A stretch of 64,000 nt of DNA, taken from NCBI GenBank assembly GCA_964478425.1, contig CAYZIB010000002.1:13200-77199 (forward strand), written 5' to 3'. Position numbers and translations under genes: made by a program. The notes under the pieces are model-generated. The model saw only the letters and a list, made by a program, of their open reading frames with translations. It did not search any database and was not told where the DNA came from. Positions 18,376 to 27,834 of this stretch are shown here, piece by piece (position 1 is the first letter of the stretch; the number at the start of each line of letters is the position of its first letter). Source of the DNA: an uncultured Anaeroplasmatales bacterium (GTDB lineage Bacteria > Bacillota_I > Bacilli_A > Acholeplasmatales > WRBM01).

Positions 18376-20394
18376 ATGCAAGAATTTAAAACAGAGAAAA
18401 TAAAAAATGTCGCAATATTAGGGCATTTAGGAAGTGGAAAAACATCTTTATCTGAATCATTATTATACATTAGTAAAACAACTGATAAAAAAGGCGATAT
18501 AGAACATAAATCAACTGTATCAGATTATATGGTTGAAGAACAATCTAGATTAAGTTCAGTATCTTCAAGTATTATTCCAGTTTTATATAAAGATTATAAA
18601 ATAAATTTTATTGATGTTCCTGGATCTGAAGAATTTGTAGGAGATTTAAATAATGTTTTATCTATTGTAAAAGGGGCAATCATTTTAATAGATGCTACAT
18701 CAAAAGTACAAGTTGGTACAGAAAGATTTTGGAGAGAATGTCATAAAAGAAATATTCCAACTATCGTTTTTGTAAATAAAATGGATAAAGAAAATATTAA
18801 AGTTGAAGAACTATTAGATGATATTTTAGAAAAGTTAGGAAAAAGTGCAATTCCTTTTACATATCCAACTTTTGAAAATGATAAATTTGTTGGATTTGAA
18901 GATTTAATTGATGGGAATACTCGTGATGATATTAAAGATCAAATATTAGAAATGGTTGCTGAAACAAGCGATGAATTAATGGAAAAATATTTTGGTGGTG
19001 AACCAATAACAGAAGAAGAAATGAATTTAGGTTTAACTAAAAGTTTAGTTGACGGAAAATTATGTCCAGTATTATTTGGATCAGCAACAAATGATATTGG
19101 TATTGAAAAATTATTAGATACAATTTTAAGATATTTTCCAAAACAAACAAATTTAAAACCATTAAAAGGAATTAATCCAGACACTAATCTTGAAGAAACA
19201 AGAATAACTAATGAATCTGAACCATTTAGTGGATATGTATTTAAAACATTAGTTGATCCATTTTTAGGGGTTATGAGTTTATTTAAAGTAAGTTCTGGTA
19301 AAATTAATTTAGGTGATGAAATTTATTTACCAGCAACAGGTAAAGTAGAAAAAGTTAATAGTTTATTTATTTTAAGAGGTAAAACTCAAATACCAGTAGA
19401 TAAATTAGTTGCTGGTGATTTAGGTGGATTAAATAAAATTAATGATTTAACTACAGGTCAAACAATCTGTGATAAGAAAAATAAAATTCAATATAACAAA
19501 GTTAAGGTACAAACACCAACAATGTATATTGCAATCGAACCTAAAAATAAACAAGATGAAGATAAAATATCAGGCGCACTACAAAAATTAAATATGGAAG
19601 ATCAATCATTTGAAATAAGAAGAAATAAAGAAACAAGCCAATTATTAATAGGTGGGCAAGGTAATGTTCATATTCAACTTATTTTAGATAGAATGAAAAA
19701 TATGTTTAAAGTTGATGTAACTCAAGAAGATCAAAAAATTGTATATCGTGAAACAATAAAACAAAAAGCAGAAGCTGAAGGTAGATATATAAAACAATCT
19801 GGTGGTTCAGGTCAATATGGTGTTGTAGCAATCGAATTTGAACCATGTGATGAACAATTTGTTTTTGCTGAAAGAGTATTTGGAGGAGCTGTTCCTAAAA
19901 ACTTTTTCCCAGCTGTTGAAAAAGGATTAAATGAAGCAATGGAACATGGACCATTAGCAGGATTCCCAGTTATTAACATTAAATGTACTTTATTTGATGG
20001 AAAATATCATCCAGTTGATTCCAGTGAACAATCATTTAAAATGGCTGCAATTATGGCTTTTAGAAAAGCTTGTGAAGAAAATAAAATTAAATCTACTATT
20101 TTAGAACCAATTATGAAAGTTAAAGTTTTAATTAAAGATGAATATGTTGGTGATATTATGGGAGATGTAACAAAAAGAAGAGGAAGAATACTTGGTATAA
20201 ATCCGATAGATGGCGGATTCCAAGAAGTAGAAGCAGAAATACCTGAAGCGGAAATTATTAAATATACAATTGATTTAAAAGCTATGACTCAAGGATCAGG
20301 ATCATTTAGTAGAGAATTTGCTAGATATGAAGAAGTACCAAGTAATATTATTCCTAAAATAATTGAAACTTATAAAAAAGAAGAAAGATTATAA
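18376..20394 (+). CDS. EF-G family translational GTPase paralogue with divergent G2/G3 motifs
   Basis: 672 aa with five-domain EF-G colinearity (domain IV/V blocks such as YHPVDSSEQSFKMAA). G1 is GHLGSGKTS and G4 is NKMD. G3 is DVPGSEEF instead of DTPGHxDF, and the ERGITI switch I is replaced by SRLSSVSS. Confidence 0.8.
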   Translation: MQEFKTEKIKNVAILGHLGSGKTSLSESLLYISKTTDKKGDIEHKSTVSDYMVEEQSRLSSVSSSIIPVLYKDYKINFIDVPGSEEFVGDLNNVLSIVKGAIILIDATSKVQVGTERFWRECHKRNIPTIVFVNKMDKENIKVEELLDDILEKLGKSAIPFTYPTFENDKFVGFEDLIDGNTRDDIKDQILEMVAETSDELMEKYFGGEPITEEEMNLGLTKSLVDGKLCPVLFGSATNDIGIEKLLDTILRYFPKQTNLKPLKGINPDTNLEETRITNESEPFSGYVFKTLVDPFLGVMSLFKVSSGKINLGDEIYLPATGKVEKVNSLFILRGKTQIPVDKLVAGDLGGLNKINDLTTGQTICDKKNKIQYNKVKVQTPTMYIAIEPKNKQDEDKISGALQKLNMEDQSFEIRRNKETSQLLIGGQGNVHIQLILDRMKNMFKVDVTQEDQKIVYRETIKQKAEAEGRYIKQSGGSGQYGVVAIEFEPCDEQFVFAERVFGGAVPKNFFPAVEKGLNEAMEHGPLAGFPVINIKCTLFDGKYHPVDSSEQSFKMAAIMAFRKACEENKIKSTILEPIMKVKVLIKDEYVGDIMGDVTKRRGRILGINPIDGGFQEVEAEIPEAEIIKYTIDLKAMTQGSGSFSREFARYEEVPSNIIPKIIETYKKEERL

Positions 20395-20401
20395 TAAATT
20401 T

Positions 20402-20431
20402 AAGGAAATATATAATATATTTCCTTTTTTT
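20402..20431 (+). terminator. Intrinsic terminator
   Basis: aaggaaatata-taa-tatatttcctt forms an 11-bp stem and is followed by a T-run. Confidence 0.7.
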
Positions 20432-20467
20432 AAAAATATATTATGGTATAATAAATGTGGTGAGAAT

Positions 20468-20800
20468 ATGGAAAAAAAACAATTATATATTGGAGTATCG
20501 TTATTTTTAAGTATTATTTTTATGTGCTTTGCAAGTTTATATCATAGTGTTATTGCTTTTTCAATTTTTAGTATAACAACAGTCATATTATATTATTTTT
20601 TCAAGGATAAAGAATTATTAGAAATAGATTTAAAGATTATTGGTTTTTTAATTAATCTTGGTTTATGGACATTTTTTCTTGGAATGTGTTTAGAAATATA
20701 TATGATTTCAATTATTTCAATTTTAGTATTAACTATTTTAATTATTATTAAATCAATAATTGAAAAAGTTAGAAATGATAGGAAGAAAAATTTTTTATGA
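20468..20800 (+). CDS. Small hypothetical membrane protein
   Basis: About 110 aa from ATG 20468 (GGTGAG RBS, TGGTATAAT promoter-like box upstream). It has 3-4 TM helices. The track start at 20363 lies inside the EF-G-like gene and upstream of the terminator, so I rejected it. Confidence 0.5.
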   Translation: MEKKQLYIGVSLFLSIIFMCFASLYHSVIAFSIFSITTVILYYFFKDKELLEIDLKIIGFLINLGLWTFFLGMCLEIYMISIISILVLTILIIIKSIIEKVRNDRKKNFL

Positions 20801-22104
20801 TGAAAATAAAATGTAGTGGTTTAAATAATAATTTTTTAGGCATTGTAAAAAACAATGACAATTATTTTTATTTAAAAGATTTTTATCCTAATGAAGAAGG
20901 AATATATGATGAATCCTTAAAACAAATAACAAAATTAACTAAAAAAAGCGAAAATAGAAGTAAATTTACATGTCCTAATTATTTAAGGTGTGGAGGATGT
21001 AGCTGCTTAACATATGATTATAAAATGCAATTAGATCATAAAAAAGATTATGTTTTATCATTATTTAAAAAAAATAATATTAAAATAAATAAATTTGATG
21101 GAATATTAGGGATGAATAATCCATTAAATTATCGACATAAAATAATTGCTAGTTTTAAACAGTCTAAAAGTAATAAATTAGTTTTAGGACTATATGAAGA
21201 AAGTACTCATAAAGTTATTCCTTATGAAAAATGTTTATTACAAAATAATAGAGCAAATGAAATTTTAAAAGATATTTTAGAAATAGCAAACAAATTAAAA
21301 CTTCAAGCTGCTGATGATAAAAGAGGTTTTTTAAAACATGTATTATTAAGAATTGGGTATAAAAGTAAAGAAGTTTTAGTTTGTATTATTACCAAAGATG
21401 AATTTTTTCCTGGTAGAAAAGAATTTTTAAAAGAATTATTATCTAAAAATAAAGATATAAAAACAGTTGTTCAAAATTATAATTTTAGAGATACATCAGT
21501 TGTTTTAGGTGAAAAAGAAAAGGTATTATATGGTTTAGGATATATAACTGACTATATTGATAAATATCAATTTAGAATATCTAGTAAATCATTTTATCAA
21601 GTAAATCCTGAACAAATGATTAATTTATATAATAAAGCTATTGAAATTGCAGATTTAAAACCTAAATATAATGTATTAGATGCTTATAGTGGTATATCAA
21701 CAATTTCTATTTTAGCATCTAAAAAATGCAATATGGTTATTAGTTGTGAAAATAATAAAATGGCTTATATGGATGCTAAAAAAAATGGATTATTAAATCA
21801 TATTAATAATATTGATTTTGTAAACATGGATGCAACAAATTTTATTAATGATTGTTATTTAAATAAAGTTTTTTTTGATTGTATATTTATGGATCCACCA
21901 AGAGAAGGATCAACTAATAAATTTTTAAAAAATTTAATTAAAATTAATCCTAAAAAAATAGTTTATATTTCATGTAATCCAGAAACTCTTGTAAGAGATA
22001 TTAATGTTTTAAAAGATAATTATAATGTTTTATATTTAAAGTTGTATGATATGTTTCCGATGACAAATCATGTTGAGACACTATGTTTATTGTCAAGAAA
22101 ATGA
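20797..22104 (+). CDS. 23S rRNA (uracil-C5)-methyltransferase, RlmD/RumA (TrmA) family
   Basis: 435 aa with an Fe-S Cys cluster (CPNYLRCGGCSC), plus the FYQVNP and MDPPREG motifs. Confidence 0.85.
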   Translation: MMKIKCSGLNNNFLGIVKNNDNYFYLKDFYPNEEGIYDESLKQITKLTKKSENRSKFTCPNYLRCGGCSCLTYDYKMQLDHKKDYVLSLFKKNNIKINKFDGILGMNNPLNYRHKIIASFKQSKSNKLVLGLYEESTHKVIPYEKCLLQNNRANEILKDILEIANKLKLQAADDKRGFLKHVLLRIGYKSKEVLVCIITKDEFFPGRKEFLKELLSKNKDIKTVVQNYNFRDTSVVLGEKEKVLYGLGYITDYIDKYQFRISSKSFYQVNPEQMINLYNKAIEIADLKPKYNVLDAYSGISTISILASKKCNMVISCENNKMAYMDAKKNGLLNHINNIDFVNMDATNFINDCYLNKVFFDCIFMDPPREGSTNKFLKNLIKINPKKIVYISCNPETLVRDINVLKDNYNVLYLKLYDMFPMTNHVETLCLLSRK

Positions 22105-22215
22105 TTATCAAGGCGTTCTAATATCAAATAGAAAAGATAACTAAAATATAAGATACTATAAATATAAAAAAATTTTTATTAAAAAAATATTATATAAAAA
22201 CGGAAGGAGGTTAAT

Positions 22216-23655
22216 ATGAATATCTATGAAAAATTAAATATTGAATCTGATGTTGCTATTATAATTATTTCATTAGCTTTAATGCTTTTTCTTGGTTTTT
22301 TAGCTACAAGAATTACAAAAAGATTAAAATTACCAAATGTTACAGCATATATAATTGTTGGAATTTTACTTGGACCTTATGTTTTAAAATTAGTTCCAGA
22401 AAATATAATTAGTGGTATGGATTTTTTATCTGATATTGCTCTTGCATTTATTGCTTTTTCAACAGGTGAATTTTTTAAATTTCAAGCACTTAAAAAAAAT
22501 GGTGGAAAAGTTGTAGTTATAACAATTATTGAAGCATTATTAGCATCTATTTTAATATTTATAGTAATGTATTTTGTTTTAAAAATTAATTTAGCTTTTT
22601 CAATTGTTCTTGCAGCATTAGCAAGTGCAACAGCACCAGCTTCGACTGTTATGACAATAAGACAAACAAAAGCTAAAGGAGATTTTGTTGAAACATTATT
22701 ACAAGTAGTAGCATTAGATGATATTGTAGGATTAATATTATATAGTGTAGCAATATCTATTGCTGTATCTCAAACAGGTAGTGGAACATTTAATTTTAAA
22801 AGCATAATTAATCCAATTATTATAAATATTTTAATTATGGTACTTGGTGGATGTTTTGGATTTTTATTAAAATTATTAATGCCTAAAAATCGTTCTACTG
22901 ATAATAGATTGATAATTTTAATATCAATGATTTTATTATTTTGTGGAATATGTGCCTTACTTGACATATCACCATTATTAGGATGTATGTCAATGGCAAC
23001 TATCTATATTAATATAACAGATGATGACAAACTTTTTAAACAACTTAATTATTTTAGTCCTCCAATCTTATTATTATTTTTTGTAAGATCAGGATTAAAT
23101 TTTAAATTAGATGCATTATTTAATTCTTCATCACAAATTGGATCAGTACCATTAATATATTTAGGTATTATCTATTTTTTAGTTAGAATACTTGGAAAAT
23201 ATTTGGGTGCATTTTTAGGATGTTTAATAACTAAAAAGAAAAAAGAAGTTAGAAATTATTTAGGACTCGCATTAATTCCTCAAGCTGGTGTTGCAATTGG
23301 TCTTGCAGCACTAGGAGCAAGAGCATTAGGAGGAGAAATGGGAGAAAATTTAAATACAATTATTCTTGCATCAAGTGTTTTATATGAATTAATAGGTCCT
23401 GCTTGTGCTAAATTATCATTATACTTATCAAAATCTTATTCAAATAATTTAGAAGATATAGTTGATGTTCCTAATACTAATATTGATGGAACTTTTAAAA
23501 CTGAGGTTGAATTATTAATTGATAGAATAAAAGAAATTCAAAAAAATATTCCTGAAAATTATGAATCAGATGAAGAAAAGGCATTTAATGAAGCAGCAGA
23601 AGAATACTTTAATTATCGAAGTGGATTTATTAAAAATCAATTTAAAAGGAGATAG
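22216..23655 (+). CDS. Cation:proton antiporter (CPA family Na+/H+ or K+/H+ exchanger)
   Basis: 479 aa with ~12 TM helices in a Na_H-exchanger-like pattern and a short acidic cytoplasmic tail. Confidence 0.7.
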   Translation: MNIYEKLNIESDVAIIIISLALMLFLGFLATRITKRLKLPNVTAYIIVGILLGPYVLKLVPENIISGMDFLSDIALAFIAFSTGEFFKFQALKKNGGKVVVITIIEALLASILIFIVMYFVLKINLAFSIVLAALASATAPASTVMTIRQTKAKGDFVETLLQVVALDDIVGLILYSVAISIAVSQTGSGTFNFKSIINPIIINILIMVLGGCFGFLLKLLMPKNRSTDNRLIILISMILLFCGICALLDISPLLGCMSMATIYINITDDDKLFKQLNYFSPPILLLFFVRSGLNFKLDALFNSSSQIGSVPLIYLGIIYFLVRILGKYLGAFLGCLITKKKKEVRNYLGLALIPQAGVAIGLAALGARALGGEMGENLNTIILASSVLYELIGPACAKLSLYLSKSYSNNLEDIVDVPNTNIDGTFKTEVELLIDRIKEIQKNIPENYESDEEKAFNEAAEEYFNYRSGFIKNQFKRR

Positions 23656-23658
23656 TTT

Positions 23659-24396
23659 ATGATAAATACAGATTTGATTGCTAAATATTTAGGATCTTGG
23701 GCAGAAGAAATAAATATTTATAGCACTATTTTAAAAATATTTTTAGCAATTTTCTTATCAGCAATAATTGGATTTGAAAGATCAAGTAAAAGACATGCTG
23801 CTGGTTTAAGAACATTTATATTAGTAACATTAACATCATGTATTGCAATGATAATTGAGTTATATATATTAAATGATGTTAGTAATGGTTTAATAAATAT
23901 AGGATTAACTTTAATTATGAGTTCAGCAGTAATTGTTGCTGTTAGTATTATAAGTTCTAATACTATTTTATATAGTTCAAGAAATCAAATTAAAGGTCTT
24001 ACAACAGCAACCGCTTTATGGGGTTGTGCAATTTTTGGTCTTTTAATTGGAACAGGTGAATATACAATTGTTTTAATATTTTTTATAGTATATTTAATAA
24101 TTTTATCTGGATTTCCAAGTATTGAAATATATTTAAAAAATAGGTCAAATCATTTTGAAATTCATTTAGAATTAAAAAATAGTTTGAATTTACAAAATTT
24201 TATTTCTACTATTAGACAATTAGGATTAAGAGTAGATGATTTAGAAAGTAATCCAGCATATGTTAATTCAGGATTAAGTGTTTATACTATTTCAGTATCA
24301 ATAATAAAAAAAGAATTAAAACAATATAAAACTCATAAAGAAATTATTGAAGCATTAAAATCAATTGATTATATTTATCATATTGAAGAAATTTAA
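23659..24396 (+). CDS. MgtC/SapB family membrane protein
   Basis: 245 aa. The signature GFERSSKRHAAGLRTFILV is present, followed by a C-terminal ACT-like soluble domain. Confidence 0.8.
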   Translation: MINTDLIAKYLGSWAEEINIYSTILKIFLAIFLSAIIGFERSSKRHAAGLRTFILVTLTSCIAMIIELYILNDVSNGLINIGLTLIMSSAVIVAVSIISSNTILYSSRNQIKGLTTATALWGCAIFGLLIGTGEYTIVLIFFIVYLIILSGFPSIEIYLKNRSNHFEIHLELKNSLNLQNFISTIRQLGLRVDDLESNPAYVNSGLSVYTISVSIIKKELKQYKTHKEIIEALKSIDYIYHIEEI

Positions 24397-24417
24397 CATG
24401 GATTTTCCATGTTTTTT
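24395..24417 (+). terminator. Intrinsic terminator
   Basis: aacatgg-atttt-ccatgtt followed by a T-run. Confidence 0.65.
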
Positions 24418-24423
24418 CTTTTA

Positions 24424-24452
24424 TTGACATTTTAAAATTAAAAGACTATAAT
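24424..24452 (+). promoter_or_regulatory. Consensus sigma-70-type promoter
   Basis: TTGACA (24424-24429), N17, TATAAT (24447-24452). It lies ~85 nt upstream of the degV-like start. Confidence 0.65.
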
Positions 24453-24539
24453 AATCGCATGAATAAAATATAAAATAATTATAAATTGCGGGATTTAATT
24501 AGATTATAGTTATTCAAAAAAATTAAGGAGAAAAAAATT

Positions 24540-25367
24540 ATGCTTAAAGTTTTTGTTGATTCTGGGTCTAGTATTAAGGAATCTGAAAAGAGTAAATATA
24601 ATATAGAGATAATTCCGCTTAAGATTCTTTTTGGTCAAAAAGAATATTTAGATGGTATAGATTTATCAATAGAAGAATTTTATAATGAATTATTAAATAA
24701 TAAAAATTTCCCTAAAACAAGCTTACCAAAATTAGATACTGTTTATGATAAGGTTACAAATTATACAGATAATGGAGATGATGTTATTATTTTAACATTA
24801 TCACAAAAAATATCTGGAACATATAATGCTTTTAAAATGCTTTTTAATGAAAATGATAAAGTAAGAGTAATTGATTCTAAAGTAGCTGTTGGTGGAATGC
24901 GTTTAATTGTTGATAAAATAAACGAAATAAGGGATAAATCATTAGATGAAATTGAAAAAATAGTTAATAAATTTATTTTAAGAATAAAAATATTAGCTAT
25001 TCCAGAAACATTACATTATTTATTTAAAGGTGGAAGATTAAAAGCAAGTGAATGGGCATTTGGAACAATTTTAAGAATTAAACCAATTATTGGTTTTGAA
25101 GATGGATGCGTTAAGGTTTTAAATAAAAAAATCGGATTAAAAAGTGGAATGCAATATATAGCTGATAGTTTAAAAGAATTTTGTGTTGATTTAAATTATG
25201 ATATAATTGCATCTTATACTTATAAAAAAGAAAATTTAGAAAGATTAATAAGTATTACTGATAATAAATATTTAAAAAATATTAGAGTTTTTGATGATTT
25301 AGATCCAGTTATTGCTGCTCATTGGGGACCTAATGCATTTGGATATATATTTGTTAGTAAAGAATAA
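24540..25367 (+). CDS. DegV family fatty-acid-binding protein
   Basis: 275 aa. VDSGSSI at the N-terminus and the overall DegV pattern (ISGTYN, GGRL). Confidence 0.85.
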   Translation: MLKVFVDSGSSIKESEKSKYNIEIIPLKILFGQKEYLDGIDLSIEEFYNELLNNKNFPKTSLPKLDTVYDKVTNYTDNGDDVIILTLSQKISGTYNAFKMLFNENDKVRVIDSKVAVGGMRLIVDKINEIRDKSLDEIEKIVNKFILRIKILAIPETLHYLFKGGRLKASEWAFGTILRIKPIIGFEDGCVKVLNKKIGLKSGMQYIADSLKEFCVDLNYDIIASYTYKKENLERLISITDNKYLKNIRVFDDLDPVIAAHWGPNAFGYIFVSKE

Positions 25368-25370
25368 ATT

Positions 25371-25396
25371 GTTATATACAATTATATAACTTTTTT
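25371..25396 (+). terminator. Intrinsic terminator
   Basis: gttatata-caat-tatataac followed by TTTTTT. Confidence 0.6.
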
Positions 25397-25531
25397 CTAA
25401 AATAATTTGTCCGCTCATATGACATTAAACTGGAGAGTGGAAAGGAAGCAACTTAGAAAACCGAGTACCGTAAACATGATGATAGGTATCGCTATTCCAT
25501 CATTTATTAAAAAAGCAGCGAAGGAGAAAAG
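25397..25531 (+). promoter_or_regulatory. Candidate structured 5' leader / unclassified riboswitch-like element upstream of the CorC/HlyC transporter
   Basis: This is a locally GC-enriched island in an AT-rich spacer. Helix tccgctc (25410-25416) pairs with gagtgga (25435-25441). A second imperfect hairpin, atgatgatag..ctattccatcat (25476-25503), is followed by TTATT just upstream of the RBS. I recognised no riboswitch class. Confidence 0.35.
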
Positions 25532-26857
25532 ATGAATATATTAGAAAATATGTCTACCAATCAAAATGATATATTACCGCAGATTATTTTGATAATTATT
25601 TTAACATTGCTAAACGCTTTTTTTGCATCAGCTGAATTAGCAGTTTTATCTGTAAATAAAACAAAAATGAATGTACTTGCAGAAAAAGGAAATAAAAAAG
25701 CAATAAGAGTTTTAAAATTAAATAGTGATCAAACAAAATTTTTATCAACAATTCAAGTTGGGATTACTCTTGCAGGATTTTTTTCAAGTGCAACAGCAGC
25801 AACTTCATTATCTTTAAAATTAAAGGGTTTTTTAACTTCATTAGGACTTAAATATATACCTAATTTATCTATAATAATTATTACTTTGTTTTTATCATAT
25901 ATAACATTAGTATTTGGTGAATTATTCCCAAAAAGGATTGCTATTAGATTTCCTGATAAAGTTGCAATGTTTGTCGTTACACCAATTTCTATTATTAAAA
26001 AAATAGTTAGTCCTATTGTTAAATTTTTGTCGTGGTCATGCAATTTTCTTGTTAAAATAACAGGTATTGAAAAAAATTTAGTAGAAGAAAAAATAAGTGA
26101 AGAAGAAATAATGTCTATTATTAAAACAGGATATAATGATGGTGTTTTATCAAAAGACGAAAAAAATGTTATTGATGGAATATTTAGTTTAGATGAATTA
26201 ACAGCAAAACAAATTATGACACATAGAGTTAATACATTTGCATTAGACATAAATAGTAATTTAAATGATATTTTAGATCAATTATCGAAAGAAAAATATA
26301 CAAGAGTTCCTATTTATAATGGTGATATTGATCATATAATTGGTATTCTAAATGTTAAAGATATTCTGTTTTCAATAAATAAAATTGGTTTTGAAAATAT
26401 TGAAATAAAACAACTATTAAGAAAACCAATTTATATTCCAGAACATTATAATATTCAAAAACTATTAAAAAAATTTATTAATACAAATAATCAAATGGCC
26501 ATTGTAATTGATGAATTTGGTGGATTTATGGGTATTATAACATTAGAGGATATTATTGAAGAATTACTTGGGAATATTAACGATGAATATGATGATGAGT
26601 CATTTATAAAAAAAATAAATGATAATGAATATATTTTAAATGGAAATATGAATATTTCAGATATTAATCGTGAATTAAATTTAAATTTAACCAAAAATGA
26701 AGATCATTATTTAACTATTGGAGGTTTAATTATTAATATTTTGGGTTACATTCCAAAAGATAAATCTAATATTAATATTAAATATGAAAATCTTGATATA
26801 TATGTTTTAAAAATAAAGAAAAATAGAATTATTGAAGTCAAAATAAAAATTAATTAA
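25532..26857 (+). CDS. HlyC/CorC family transporter (DUF21-CBS pair-CorC_HlyC; putative Mg2+/Co2+ efflux)
   Basis: 441 aa with an N-terminal 4-TM DUF21 (FFASAELAVLS), a CBS pair (IMTHRV.., ..AIVIDEFGG) and a CorC C-terminal domain. Confidence 0.85.
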   Translation: MNILENMSTNQNDILPQIILIIILTLLNAFFASAELAVLSVNKTKMNVLAEKGNKKAIRVLKLNSDQTKFLSTIQVGITLAGFFSSATAATSLSLKLKGFLTSLGLKYIPNLSIIIITLFLSYITLVFGELFPKRIAIRFPDKVAMFVVTPISIIKKIVSPIVKFLSWSCNFLVKITGIEKNLVEEKISEEEIMSIIKTGYNDGVLSKDEKNVIDGIFSLDELTAKQIMTHRVNTFALDINSNLNDILDQLSKEKYTRVPIYNGDIDHIIGILNVKDILFSINKIGFENIEIKQLLRKPIYIPEHYNIQKLLKKFINTNNQMAIVIDEFGGFMGIITLEDIIEELLGNINDEYDDESFIKKINDNEYILNGNMNISDINRELNLNLTKNEDHYLTIGGLIINILGYIPKDKSNINIKYENLDIYVLKIKKNRIIEVKIKIN

Positions 26858-26878
26858 AAGTTTATTTTGACTTTTTTT
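26837..26878 (+). terminator. Intrinsic terminator overlapping the CDS end
   Basis: gtcaaaataaa-N13-tttattttgac forms an 11-bp stem followed by T7. Confidence 0.6.
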
Positions 26879-26943
26879 AAAAAATTCATTTAATTATATA
26901 AATATTTATTATATAATATAATAGTTTTTATGAGGTATAAATT

Positions 26944-27831
26944 ATGGAAAAGAAAATTAGTAAAAAAAATATAATATCATTTTTAGAATTAAATTTAGGA
27001 GTATTTTTAGCAGCTTGTTCAACAGCTATTTTTTTAAGACCATATAATATAATTGGTGGTGGAGCAGGAGGACTTGGAATTTTAATTGAAAGTATTTTTA
27101 AAATTGATGCAGTTTTAGTAATGTATTTAGTGAATTTAGTTTTAGTAACATTAGGTTTTTTCTTGATGGGAAAAGATTTTTTCTTTAAAACAGTTTATGG
27201 ATCATTAGCATTTCCAAGTTATGTTGCTTTAATAAGTTATATATATAATTTTTTTAATATTGAAGAAATTGATTTATTTTTAGTAATTATTTTTGGAGCA
27301 ATACTTACAGGTATTGGAATAGGGTTAACATTAAAAAATAATGGAACAACTGGTGGAACTGATATAATACAAGCAATATTATTTAAATATTTTAATATTC
27401 CTTATTCAAAAACTATGTATATAGTTGATGGATTTATTATTTTTATGGGATTGATTTTTGTCTCTTTTACTAATGGACTTGCAGCTATAGTATATGTTGC
27501 ATTAAATGGATTTGTAATAGATTTAGTAGCATTTGGTGGATTCAATAAAAGAGCAGTCTTTATTATTAGTGAAAAAGCTGATTTAATAAAAGAATATATT
27601 ATAAATGAAATAGTAAGAGGAACAACTAATGTTATAACAGAAGGTGGATATGATCATCAAAAAAGAAATATGATTATTGTTGTTTTAGAAACAAATGAAT
27701 ATTTTAGTTTACGTGCAAAAATTGAAGAAATAGATAAATATGCCTTTATTTTTGTTACAAAAGCAACAGAAGTTAGAGGTTTAGGATTTAGTTTAGAATC
27801 ACCAGCAAGATTAAAAAGGAAGAAGAAATAA
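26944..27831 (+). CDS. YitT family membrane protein (DUF2179 C-terminal domain)
   Basis: 295 aa with GGGAGGLGI and GTTGGTDI motifs in the TM repeats and a C-terminal soluble DUF2179-like domain. Confidence 0.8.
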   Translation: MEKKISKKNIISFLELNLGVFLAACSTAIFLRPYNIIGGGAGGLGILIESIFKIDAVLVMYLVNLVLVTLGFFLMGKDFFFKTVYGSLAFPSYVALISYIYNFFNIEEIDLFLVIIFGAILTGIGIGLTLKNNGTTGGTDIIQAILFKYFNIPYSKTMYIVDGFIIFMGLIFVSFTNGLAAIVYVALNGFVIDLVAFGGFNKRAVFIISEKADLIKEYIINEIVRGTTNVITEGGYDHQKRNMIIVVLETNEYFSLRAKIEEIDKYAFIFVTKATEVRGLGFSLESPARLKRKKK

Positions 27832-27834
27832 AAT

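Noticed and set aside
20363-20467. N-terminal extensions of track ORFs: 20363 for the small membrane protein, 40209 for nfnA, 48134 for the nucleosidase-like gene, 8366 for the SMC-like gene, 32967 for rqcH and 36000 for the exonuclease.
   Set aside because: The extensions overlap upstream genes or terminators, or lack an RBS. Internal ATGs with good Shine-Dalgarno sequences coincide with the conserved N-termini.
25397-25531. Assigning the CorC-leader RNA to a known riboswitch class (fluoride crcB, yybP-ykoY Mn2+, or M-box Mg2+).
   Set aside because: There are only short similarities: GGAGAGUGG against GGnGAUGG or GGGGAGUAG, AAACCG, and AUGAUGAU. The expected P1 closing strand (CUCC) and the overall helices are absent. 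I kept it as unclassified only.
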